Positions 16,032 to 28,500 of a stretch of DNA of 64,000 nt are shown here, in pieces. Made by a program: the position numbers and the translations under genes. Each line of letters begins with the position of its first letter. Position 1 is the stretch's first letter. Below the pieces are notes generated by a model. The model saw only the letters and a list, made by a program, of their open reading frames with translations. It searched no databases and was not told the origin of the DNA. Origin of the DNA: Hormiphora californensis (Eukaryota; Animalia; Ctenophora); the NCBI GenBank assembly GCA_020137815.1, contig CM035357.1, positions 2,976,001 through 3,040,000 on the forward strand, given 5' to 3'.

Positions 16032-18696
16032 ATGTTATCAATGTGTATGTTGCTGGCAGTCTTGCTAGCTACAGGATCCTGTCTAAGTGGAACCGAGGAA
16101 ACACAGGAAGAAAAGGAAGCGCAACTGACACTCACCAACCCGACCCAACTGAGTGTCAAGAACCCGTATTCTAATGGCGCAAATAAGGCAATCGACGGTA
16201 GGACAAATACGTACTACACTTCTTTAAGTTCGGGCGATCCAGTCTGGGAGGAGCAATGGATCCAATTTGATCTGGAGACACCATCAATTGTTACAAGAGT
16301 GGTCATAGTTGACAGGTGAGATATTTTAGTCGCTTGTTCATCAGTCCCACTTTTTTGCTCTTCTCAAATGACAAATAATACTATGTAATTAATTTGTCTT
16401 ATCAATCAAAGAAATACACGGTAATTCAGTACTGAATTCAAAACAAATTTGTCTTATTTCAGGCTGGCAACTTCAATCAAGGCACCCCAGAGAATCCTCG
16501 GTACACAAGTGCAGATCAGTGACCAAAGCAGCTCCATACCCAATAGCGCAACAGACTGGATCACATGTGGTGTTATAAACGCTATAAACACCTATTCGAC
16601 AACCAGTATAGAAGTGGTGGACCACACGTACACCATCACATGTCCCCATCTGATAATAGCCCGGAAACTGAGACTCTATGACGACGAGAAAGTAGTCCTA
16701 GAATACAAACAAGAATACCACGTCATCATGCTGATCAGTGAAGTCACTGTGTTCGGGTATCAGTTGGGTAATTATTGTTTGTTTGTTTGTTTGTTACGCT
16801 TGATCGTTCCCACGCTGTTTAAAACACTAGTTGCTGTATTCTTTGTACTTCCCGTCCCACAATGAAGGGGGTCTGAGTTCTCTTCTTTTTGATATATCAT
16901 AGCACGATATGGCAGCGGATTACGGGGGCCCGGATGAGACGCCCGTACCAGTCGCCCGTACCAGTCGCCCGTACATTTGCTTTGCGCATTACGTTTCACC
17001 ACACTTTCACCACAACGAAACACATGCACGTGACGCGCATGTACCTTATTTGTGGTGAAAGTGCGATGAAACGTAATGCGCAAAGCAAATGTACGGGCGA
17101 CTGGTACGGGCGATCTATACGGGCGATCTATTCGAGCCCCCGTAATCCCCCGTGTAAACGGCACCACCAAATTTCAGAATTTAGGATGTACGAAATTACA
17201 CAACCCTAGTCTCGCTAAAGTTGTTGAGTAACTCAACAACTTAACAGACAATAGGGTTGAACTTCATCAACTATAAAACTACCTCTCCCCCTCAAATTTT
17301 GAAAAATGGACTTAAAGGTGCATGTCTTATACGGTGTAAAAAAGTAAAAATTTCAACTTCAACTTCTAAAATCTAAACTAAGATATCAGATATGAAATTC
17401 TTTTCCACCAATCCATCTCCATCTATCCGCCTAATTACCGTCTCCAACATACCTCACTCCACATCCCCCTCCGACCCTACCAGATACCCTAAGACCCTCC
17501 CAGATATCCCTTAGACCATGCTAGATACCCCTCAAACCACATTACTATTATAGTACTTGGTCATCATCTGATCTAGAATCTAGATACAGTCGGACCCCGA
17601 TTTAGTGGCATCCTCGGGGGAAAAAAATCCTGCCACTAAATCGGGGTGCCACTAAATCGGGGAGATCCATATTTGGCCCATAAAAACCTATTTTATGCCC
17701 AAAATGCTATACTAAGACTAAAAACACCTCTAACTGTTATATGCAATATTCATGTATTGATGACATGATAATTTCTGATTAGAAATAGAAAACTTTAAAA
17801 CAATTTTTTCAAAAAAAATGTGAAAAATTTTCTAAGTTATACCAGCCCGTCCGATTTGTGTTTCGAATCGGTGCAGCTTACTGGATGTCCTGTCTAATTA
17901 GCAGGTTCGAAACGAACCGATACGTGATACCATGCCGAATCGGGGCACCCTAAGCGGGTGAGGAAGTATCAAAATTTCAAAATAACTTTTTCTCTCAAAA
18001 TTTATGGGGAGCACCGATCAAAGCATTGACAATCGTACTGTAAAATTTTGCAAAAAAAGTTTTAGAATTTTTTTAAAAGTATACCAGCCACGTCCGAATC
18101 GTGTTTCGAATCGGTGCATCTTATCGCATGTCCTGCTGCTAATTAGACGGTTCGGAACGTGATCCCCATCGAATCGAAATATTGACTCTTGGTGACCTTG
18201 TGATTCAATGGCCCCATGGGGATCACGTATCGGTTCACGTATCGAACCGGATCACGTATCGAACCGTCTAATTAGCAGCAGGATATGCGATAAGATTCAC
18301 TGATTCGAAACACGATTTGGACGTGGCTGGTATTCCTTTGAAAAATTTTCAAAAAAATTTCACAAAAAAAATTTCACAAAAAAAATTCAAAAAATTTTTG
18401 GGGGAAAAAAATCGTGCCACTAAATCGGGGTGCCACTAAATCGGGGGCCACTAAATCGGGGTCCGACTGTAATATGTAATCGTCATAACCACGAAAACGT
18501 TTCGTAACGAAAAAAATGGAAGATTTTTACACTTTCAAAGAGTTTTTCACATATAGAATATATCTTGCATGAGTAATTCTACACACGGTTCCTTAACACA
18601 CTACTTCGCTATAATATGGTATTCTGATTATTGAGCTGTATTTAATCCTCGATAAACTTAAACACCTCGTCTCCATCAGGTCCTGCTAACTGCTGA
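16032..18696 (+). CDS. Secreted F-type lectin (fucolectin/discoidin, galactose-binding-domain-like) protein
   Basis: Exon 16032-16315 (signal peptide MLSMCMLLAVLLATGSCLS; ANKAIDG...WIQFDL....VTRVVIVDR), exon 16463-16767 (C..C..ISEVTVFG) and probable last exon 18680-18696 (GPANC*). Confidence 0.75.
16917..17147. mobile_element. Palindromic ~230-bp MITE-like element
   Basis: Long imperfect inverted arms GGATTACGGGGGC...GCCCCCGTAATCC; intronic. Confidence 0.7.
17587..18469. mobile_element. pogo/Tigger-like MITE, TA TSD
   Basis: TIR CAGTCGGACCCCGATTTAGTGGC / GCCACTAAATCGGGGTCCGACTG with TA flanks; related short copies at ~6046, ~39950, ~45830-45912 and ~54555-54725. Confidence 0.9.
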
Positions 18697-18942
18697 TCTG
18701 CGATATCTGGAAGAGAGATACAAGGTCATGAAATGGAAAATATATCATGAGCTTTGAATATGATCACGCCCAAATTATTCCGACTCAAAAAATCCCCTCT
18801 GATCATCCCAAAATAATTTTATTTTCACAACAATGAAATTATGTGACTCACACCACATTTTATTCAGAGTGCGCTCTTATCTGTGAAGGTTCGGTAGATA
18901 AACAATACAATATGTTGTTGTGATCATCCCAGTTTCATAAAA

Positions 18943-21844
18943 CTAACCTTCACAAATCTCACAGACGGATCTGTAGTCGGTTTTAGGAACGCAAACCATC
19001 CCCATACTCCACTTGTTGTCCTCGCCGCCCCCATCTTCAGATGTGAACAGGACAGAGGCGCTGTTGTCGTTCAGGTTCGCGTTGAATGGTGTCTTGGTGC
19101 CCTTGTAGGTGATCTGTAGGGGGGTGTTAAATGGTGTCTTAGTACCCTTGTAGGTGATCTGGGGGAGGGGTGTTAAATGGTGTCTTGGTGCCCTTGTAGT
19201 TGTTATGTTCTAACCCTCCTTTACATTTGCGGGGCGCGTGAAACATAGTCTAGCTAGGCAACCTTGTAGGTGATCTGTAGGGAGGGGGTGATAGCCCTAG
19301 TCAGAATATAATGTGTATTTATTGCGAGAATTTATATTAAATACGCGTGTAAATACTTATTTAATACGTATTAAATACGTATTATACGCCTAGAATAAAG
19401 AAAAGCTGTGCATTTGGCAATCCCTCGACTAGGCTCTTACACCTCTCCTAGGAGGGGTGTAAGAGCCTAGTCGAGGGATTGGTGAGGGGTCTTAGACCGT
19501 AAATGACGACGGATTAACTCCGTCGTCTCATCGGGTTGACAAAATTTCACTCGCTTTCGTATTAGCAATATTTCATTCCGATATATCGGGCAATTACCCA
19601 ATACCCTTTCCGGTCCTCTAAGAGTATAAGACTGTGCGAGTAAGCAGCCGGGTAAATTAGGGTCCGATCACTATAAAGTATTACTGTGTATACTCACGGA
19701 AGTATCCATGGTCTTGATCATAACACCAGATCCCGCGGCCATGCTCATATCTAACTCGACACACATCACCAGGTTACAATCCCAGTCAATATCAATGATG
19801 TATTCACAGTGGGTGTTCGGGTTGTATGTACCGTTGTGGTAACTGAGGGGTGTTATCGTTACGTTACCATGGTAACTGAGGGGTGTTATCGTTACGTTAC
19901 CATGGTAACTGAGGGGTGTTATCGTTATGTTACCATGGTAACTGAGGGATGTTATCTTTATGTTACCATGGTAACTGAGGGGTGTTAACGTTAGGTTACC
20001 ATGGTAACTGAGGGGTGTTTAGTTATCTTTAAGTTACCATGGCAACTGAGGGGTGTTTAGTTATCTTTACGTTACCATGGTAACTGAGGGGTGTTTGGTT
20101 ATAGTTAGGTTACCATGGTAACTGAGGGTGTTTAGTTATCGTTACGTTACCATGGTAACTGAGGGGTGTTATCGTCAATGATGTATTCACAGTGGGTGTT
20201 CGGGTTGTATGTACCGTTGTGGTAACTGAGGGGTGTTATCGTTACGTTACCATGGTAACTGAGGGGTGTTATCGTTACGTTACCATGGTAACTGAGGGGT
20301 GTTTAGTTATCTTTAAGTTACCATGGCAACTGAGGGGTGTTTGGTTATCGTTAGGTTACCATGGTAACAGAAGGGTGTTTGGTTATCGTTAGGTTACCAT
20401 GGTAACTGAGGGGTGTTTGGTTATCGTTAGGTTACCATGGTAACTGAGGGTGTTTAGTTATCGTTATGTTACCATGGTGACTGAAGGGTAAACGATATTA
20501 CATTACGTTTAAATGAGCTGGGATCTCTGGCTACTGCTTTTTGTTTATCGACCTAATAAGTATGTTGCACAATTTCAAAAAGAAAGTTTTGTGACAGTTT
20601 TGAGGAAGAACTAAACGAACTAAAAGGCATCCTTTAGTTGTCAGCATTTTGACAACTGATCTATAACATCCCTTTATGGTAGCGTTATCTACGTCTAATT
20701 CTCTAGAAAATAGGAATTAGTTCGCACTCGGGGCGACTTTAGACATAGTTTTGACAGCTCCTAGCTGCTGTGATCGACAGAAAATGAAGCTCAAAACAAC
20801 AATAATTTCTGTATTAGGAGTTAATATGGGGCTCAATTTTGTTTTATAAGTTAAACATCCATCCAGAGGACTCCAAACCTAAGTATAGTAAAGATCTGGG
20901 TACCTGTACATGCTTTTGTGGTACCGCAACTACTTTCTACTAAATTAATTGGCAACTAATTAGCACTAATTGTACTTACTTGTGGGAGTAAAGAATGACA
21001 CTTCCGTTGAAGTAATAACAGCACGCCAAACCGTTTTCATCACCTGAGGGGGGGTATCTTTTAAATGCAGTTCCAACCCCGACTGAAGATCTTGCCTAGT
21101 TTAGTTGCCATTCTTTATGCAGGTTGTCTTATTTTGTGCAAGGAATCGCCTTCGGACTCGCATTATAAGCTCACAGCTCGGACCCGGGAAACATGTCAAA
21201 TCTTTTTTTTGTTCAAGAGGGTCGAAAAGATCAGGGTCGAAAAGATCAGGGTCGAAAAGATCAGGGTCGAAAAGATCAGGGTCGAAAAGATCAGGGTCGA
21301 AAAGAGGGTCTCGAGCTAGTCAAATATCTTATAACGTACATTTGTCCCAGCCGTGTGTGCTCCTCTCATAGTCAGTACTCCGTTTCTCACAGTAGGTATT
21401 GGCCACAGCAGCTATCACTGCCACTAACACCGCCAAACTTGCACACAACCTGTAATTGGAAATAGTTCCTTATATGGGGTGTATATAAGCAATCAATACG
21501 AGGAAAACTGAGCGATATTTGACAGTCTGAAGATTATTTCTTTTTCCGAGGGATTCATTTCGACAAACAGAGCTTCAGAAGCTTTCGGTACGGGTAGCGG
21601 TAAATGATAACAAGCTATGTCAGTTACCGAAGGTTAATAAATGTGTTGCTTCATAAAAAACTGCACTCTCCGAATCGAGCACAAATAATGGTAGTCCCAT
21701 GTCAAAATGAACAAATTATTAAGTTGACCTTAAGCAAACACTTTAAAAAGACGAATGTCGCTTTGACCGATATCACCCACTGCTTTGGATCAACAACAAA
21801 AAAATAGCAAATACACGCCCAGTTTCTCACCTTATCGTATTCAT
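18943..21844 (-). CDS. Small secreted single-CUB-domain protein, paralog A (~167 aa)
   Basis: Phase-consistent exons 21844-21831, 21449-21340, 21043-20980, 19842-19698 and 19113-18943: signal MNTIRLCASLAVLVAVIAAVA, then CCYYFNGSVILYSHNYHNGTYNPNTHCEYII...SVLFTSED...KWSMGMVC...CEICEG*; AATAAA on the minus strand at ~18858. Confidence 0.8.
19838..20490. repeat. 33-37-bp minisatellite duplicating the exon-4 splice acceptor of CUB paralog A; contains the palindrome GTTACCATGGTAAC
   Basis: Unit GGTAACTGAGGGGTGTTATCGTTACGTTACCAT; a partial exon-4 copy sits at ~20175-20225. Confidence 0.92.
21217..21310. repeat. 15-bp tandem repeat AGGGTCGAAAAGATC, about 6 copies
   Basis: Directly visible; intronic. 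Confidence 0.9.
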
Positions 21845-22501
21845 CTCAGCTAGTAGGTAATGCAAAGGGTGAGGGGAAGTCTTGTGTGTGTATACAACTC
21901 AAGCGCAGTCCTTCTCTCTCTATCTCTGTCTCTCTCAGCTGGTGATGATGGTGTGTGTGCGGGTACGAGCAACGCGAACAACTCTATCCATCATTGAGTG
22001 ATGTGGATTTAGAGGGGGAGAGAGGAGCGCTCAGGTCACGTGAGGTTAAACCTTTAGAGGAACATATAGATGACGATACTGGCCGGAGAGCCCCGATTTA
22101 AATATATACATATTGGAAGGAGGCAAACGGAGGTGCAAATGTTAAATCTGGATCGTATTATTATACTGACTCTCCGTTTGTCATCAGTGATTGTCATTGT
22201 GTTTTGTCACTTTGTCACCGTCCTTAACTCCCCTCTTGTTTGTCCTATCACGTGACACACCGCTGAATGTCACGTGACTAAATGAGTGTGTGGGTATTAT
22301 AACATGGGGGAATGTCAGTCTATCCGCCCATCCAGTGAGGCCGCATCAGCCTCTCTCTGAGACCATCACCTCTAGATCTTTACACACACAGCCCCCACCC
22401 ACCTCTCTATCCCCATCTCTGTGTATATTGCAGTTTTTACTAAAGGCGGATTTTGTGCGTGTGTGAGTGTACACGTTAATCTAGCTTGTTTAGCCGGAAG
22501 G
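21845..22501. promoter_or_regulatory. Putative bidirectional promoter between the two CUB genes, with three TCACGTGA E-boxes
   Basis: 657 bp between divergent ATGs; TCACGTGA at ~22036, ~22248 and ~22270. Function is inferred from position only. Confidence 0.45.
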
Positions 22502-25500
22502 ATGATGTCTTCCGCACTATTTTGGTAAATTTGATTTCGATTTAAATCCGTACTTTTACTTACTGAGCTGTTTATATAAGTTTGCCATCGTTGAATTCTC
22601 ACGGTTATTGAATTCGTTAGTTATTCAATAATATTTGCTGACCACCTCTCTAACCACTTCGCTAACCACCTCTCAAACAACCTCTCTAACCACTTCGCTA
22701 ACCACCTCTCCCTTCCTCCAGTGCCTTGGTTATAGTCTTCGCCCCTATCATCTCAACGGAACAGACGCTGTCACATTATTCTTACGCAAGTAAGGAATGA
22801 TCAAACCATGGATTTCTATTTTAGTAATATTCTCAGACGTGGGTGGTCTAGTTCTCGATAAATTTAGGCTCTAAATTAGGCTCTAAATTAGAGTTCACAA
22901 ATAAATTGGCGTGGCTTGCCTTGCTCGACCCTACGTTTCACCTCGCCCCACGCAGCGAAATGTAAAGGAGGGTTAGAACAGGGGGTGGCAACAAAAGTCC
23001 AAAATCATGGAATGATGCACGAATAATTTTACACACACTTTCAAGCGGCTTCAAGTTCAAGTGGCCAACTTATTTTCTCACAAAACTAAATTAGGTATTT
23101 TTCTTCCATTTTAGACGGTGCTGAGTTCTGCTGTTACTACTTCCACAATGAGTCCGTGTCCATGTTTAGCCACGAATACCACACCCACTACAACCCTGTA
23201 AGTACAGCTCTCGACACCTTTGTGTTGCACTTCTGTGTTGTACCACTTTTTAGGTTCACTCTCCGACCAATCGGTGAATGTGCGTCTTGATATCTGAGAC
23301 CAGCATGGTTTGTAGTTTTTTCGTAAGGAATGGCTACCTAACTTTAGAACACATTATCGTCTGATTAAAACCTTTAAGCAAAATATTTTGTTTGGGATAA
23401 TTTTATGCTCATGTATAATTGTTGCTCCGAACTATGATCGATTTTACTGAGCTTTGACGCAAATGGTTTTCAAAGAATTCAAAGCATTCTTTACCGGTAA
23501 CCTAGTTGTTTAGTTGTTACTCAGCATTCTGAATGCTGTTATACCAGTTAAATATCCACGTAGTAGTTTTCCTATCACTGTAATTAAAGTCTTGGTGGTT
23601 GGCATTTTCCTTCGGAATGAGGCACAGCATTGAGACACATGCGATTAGGAAAGTGCTCAAACTTGAGAAAAAATGGTAGCTGAATTTTGAATCATTGTGG
23701 AATTTTGGAGCTGCCACATGAGACAGTTTGAACAGCTATTTTAGCTATTTTGTACATCACGACACGTCTCAATACCTTCTTTGGTTACGAATGCACCACC
23801 AATGGCTTGTGTCGAGGAGTATTTTCAGTACCAAATACCTTCTAAACAATATAACCATGCTATAATAACCGGGTAGTGGGTTGATCGGGGAGACATGTTG
23901 TTTAGTGGGTTATATAGTGACACTTCATACTTATGAGGCATAAACTCTGGCCACTGGCACGTTATTTCAGATACCTTTCTCCCAGCGCGCCGCTGGGAGA
24001 AGGTAGCTGTAGTTTATCCGCCAGTGGCGGATAAACTGGTTTAAATCACGACGACGATCCCGAGGCGGAGCCGAGGGAGAGGCGGAGGGGTTTAAACCAA
24101 TAACGTGCCATTGGTCAGAGTTTATGGGTTATATACCCTGCTTTAGTTGTTTGTTTCAAGTATTACACACTAAAAAGAGAGAAAACACTAATCAAAACAC
24201 ACAAAGAGAACTGAGAAACAGTCAAAAACATCTCTCAATTGAGTGTATATTGTTTGGTAACAGTTACTAAGGAGAGAGAGAAAGAAATAACAAGATATGG
24301 GGCATGCCAGACATAACACAGAGGAATTGAGATAGTGAAACAAAAGGGGAGATAAAGAGAGAGAAATTGACGGAATGTGTTGTTTCTTTCTCTCCAGTGC
24401 AGTGTGTAACTCTTGCAAACAGTGTTCCCTCTGTATTTCAGTAAGAACTGATCATTTACACACGGAGGGTGAGATTCCTTCCTACGCCTGATGGAGTGCG
24501 GGCCGGGGCTAACGTCTAGCACAACCCTACTAAAAGGGATGTAGCTAGCGATAGTGTCTAAAGACTCCATCTCTGGAGAGCATACCCAGGGGACAAACCA
24601 CACACCCCCCCTGTAATGGGTCTCTCCATCTAACATGGACTAACCCAACCCCTTAATCAAGATTCAAAAATTCCAAACTACTAATAAATTCACTCAAGGT
24701 ACAATGGTAGAAAACCAGCAGAGACCGGAGTTAAACACTTCATTATATTATTACCCAGGGGCTCTTTTACGTTCCCCTGTAACTACCAGAGCCAAGTTTT
24801 GGGACGGGGCAACTACAGGGATGCCCAAATCAAATGGGCTACCCTTGCTCCCGACCCTAACTAAACAACCAATATATAGGCCAATAGGGTGTGTAATTCG
24901 CCGACCCCCAGGCCACGGGGCCTTAATTCCGTGGTCACGAGGCGTCTCTTCTTTCCCTTTTAAAACAACGGGGCATATCATTACTGACCCGCCATAATCC
25001 CATGCTATATGGAGAATTATATTAACTTCACAAACCATCTAAGTGAGGACTCTCACTACCCTTATCTCCCCCAAATAGCTAGAGGACTCTCAGCAACTCC
25101 GCACAGGGCCCCCATCCCAGGAGGGCCCTCCAGGGAGCACCCTCTATCCGGGGAGCACCCTCCATTACATGAGGGCACCAGCCCCTGTAAAACGGGACTA
25201 TCGCCCGTAAGAGAAGCTGACCTTCTAAATGATGGAGATTCGGGCAGTGTAGCGACAGGGAAAGGGCAGAAGAGTCAAATCGCAGCCCCGAATAGTGCAG
25301 GTGGAATCCAAATGACCCTCCGAAAGGAAGGGACAGGGAGGTCCAACACTGCCCGCGGAGCCCAAGACAATCTGCCGCCCCCACCCCAGAAGGAGGGGCA
25401 GCAGAGTCTAGGGCCGCCTCCAGGACCCTCAGCAGCCAAGAAAATAAGTAAAAACATCAGAGTAACACAAATTAACCTCCATAAAAGTCATGAAGCATGG

Positions 25501-28500
25501 GATGACATAATCACCTGTAACCAAACACGATCACAAATTATCCTAGCCCAAGAACCACCTATTATAGGGAAAACATCTAAAGTTAGAGCCAGCGGAGGAT
25601 TCTCTGCCCTATATGACAAAAGGGCTCAGAGACCACGTGCGAGCATCTTAATCAATAGTAACCTAGGGAGGAACGTATTTCTCCTTGACAAATTCACTGA
25701 CAGGGACACAGTCACTATCCTTGTCAAACTGGGCACCAAATCAGTCATTTTATGCTCAATGTACATGGACAGAGAGCTAGAATGCCCTCCTAAATTACTA
25801 GGAGAGTTGGCAGCCCACGCAAAAAGAAATAACTTGAAACTAGTAATTGGATCTGATACCAACGCCCACAACACTAGTTGGGGGGCACTGGTTAAAGATC
25901 CTATTGGGAAGAAAAGGGGAGATGCACTATTAGAAGCCATTGTAGATCTTGATCTGCATGTATCGAACGTGAATTGCCCCCACACTTTCAACAATGGAAC
26001 AAGAAAAAATGTGCTAGATCTTACCATGACCAACAACCATGCACTGGACATGATACAAGACTGGCAGACAGTAGAAGGAAAATGCAGATCCGACCACGTA
26101 CCCATCACATTTGTGTTGAGGGACATGGACGGTAGCAAGATCCGCTCATTCTACAATATTAAGAAAACAAACTGGGCCCTATATAGACAACTTGTGGAAA
26201 AGGGCCTAGAAGAAACAGGACTGACAGAAATGGTAATATCAAACGCCGAAGAACTTGAAACAGCCAACGAAAAACTAATAGAACTGATGCTGTGGGCATA
26301 CTACAAGTGTACCCCAAAAACATACGTTTCCGCCCACTCCAAAGACCCCCCGTGGCTCAGTGGGGAGGTCAAGGCAGCTAGGGAAGAAATGTTTGATAAA
26401 CTGAGACACGCCCAGACCACGAAAGTGCGTCAGGACTGGGACTCAGCAAAAACAGCTCGAAACAAATACACAAAAACCAAAAACCAGTCTAAATTTAAAA
26501 ACTGGAAAATATGGGCTGAAGATCTCGATGCATATTCAGATGCCCAGAAGGTTAGCCAAGTGCTCAAGAACAGTAAAGATTATAATCTCAGCTGTATCTT
26601 TGACGCAAATGGTGAACTATCACAGTCCCCTAAAGAAACCCTCCAGATAATGGCAGAGGTTCACTTTGGCGAGGACCACTCAACTAGACCCTCCCTCAAG
26701 GACAAAACTGAAGCCCCAGAAGGGGAGTGGTCTGATGAAAAAACATTCTCGAAAACACGTATCATCAAGGCGCTGAGGGAATTTAAACCCTTAACAGCTG
26801 CTGGGCCGGATGGCATCAGGCCCATCATGATGCAAAAAGTAGCAGACATTATTGCTGAACCATTTGCAAAGATAGCTAAGGCATCGTACAGTCTAGGGGT
26901 AACCCCCAAATCCTGGCAGGAAGCAGAAGCCATCTACCTGCCCAAGCCAGGAAAGGATGACTATCGTATGCCTAAATCATACCGAACAATAACCCTTGCG
27001 TCAAACCTCCACAAACTCATGGAACGGTTAATTCTATGGCACATTGAGGTAGACCAAAAAGTACACAAAAAATTAAACAAGTCGCAATATGGATTTAGAA
27101 GAGGCGTTTCAACAGAAACAGCCCTCCATAAAGTAGTACGCAAACTCGAAGGCACCCTCATGCACAAGGGCATTGCCCTGGGTACGTTCTTGGACATCGA
27201 GGGAGCCTTCGATAATGTGGCATTCCAAGCTATGGAAAGAGCCCTTCATGCAAAGCTACGCGACAAAAGAACAGCGGTCTGGATCACCTACATGATCTCA
27301 AACCGCGAAATAACCACGAACCTAATGGAAGAGTCCCTTACTATAAGAGCCACCCGGGGTTGTCCCCAGGGAGGAATACTTTCCCCGTTCCTATGGAACC
27401 TGGTAATGGACGATCTACTAAACCATAGCAAAAAGAATATACCAGGTGAACTAAAGGGCTTTGCGGATGACTTATGTCATATAGTAGCAACCACAATGCC
27501 CTCCGGAAGAAATGGACCCTCTGCGGACATACTCCCTCTAAGGGACGCGACCCAGAAGGGGCTTAATTCCATAAACGCCTGGTGTAAGACAGTAGGGCTC
27601 AAACTAAGTGCCCTGAAATCGCATGTAGTCATATTCACCCATCGAAAAAATGTGAAAATTGGAAACCCGATCAAAATTCAGGGTAACCCTATCAAAGTGT
27701 CCGAATCCACGAAGTTTCTAGGGATTACCCTTGACAGCAAACTGAACTGGAACGAGCACGTAAACAAACAAATAAAAAAAGCAAAAAATATCCTGATGCA
27801 GTGCCGTAAAGTGGTGGGACCCACGTGGGGACTAAACCCTAAAACGGCCCTATGGATATACACTGCAATAGTGAGACCCACCTTATGCTACGGGGCAATG
27901 GTCTGGGCTAATGCAATGCGAACCAAAACAAACAAAGAAAACATGATAAGGGTACAGAGGCTAGCACTCAAGATGGTAACTGGGGCCATGCCCTCGACGC
28001 CATCAACAGCCCTAGACACAATCACAAACACCGCCCCGATCACCGACCATCTGAGGTACTGTGCAGCCAAAACTGCATACACCCTAATGGCAACGGGAGA
28101 ATGGGAAGGGCCAATAAAATCAGACCTAAAGACCCCAAAAGTGTTCACTTCGCATGCCAACACGGTATCACGTGATCTCAGAACTCTGGAAGCAGAGGGC
28201 AGATTTCACGATCTCACAACCCCGGAACTCACCCTAGACAGGGAATTCTCGTTAGAGATCCCAGAAAGGGAGACGTTTTTGGAGGATGGAGACAAGTACA
28301 CGATAGTTGCACACACTGATGGGTCAAAAATTAACAACAATGCCGGTGCAGGATACATTATCCACTCTGGCGAAACAGAGCTAGCTCGAAATTCGTATAA
28401 CCTAGGCCCCGAAGGAACTGTCCCGGCGGCAGAAATGTATGCCATACAACAGACGGCTCAATATCTCCTGGATAGGGGAACAGCTAACGAGCGAATACTC

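Noticed and set aside
24464-24660. Self-cleaving ribozyme at the LINE 5' end
   Set aside because: I could not fit an HDV double pseudoknot or a hammerhead core (CTGATGG, not CTGANGA) by eye; an Infernal or RNArobo search is needed.
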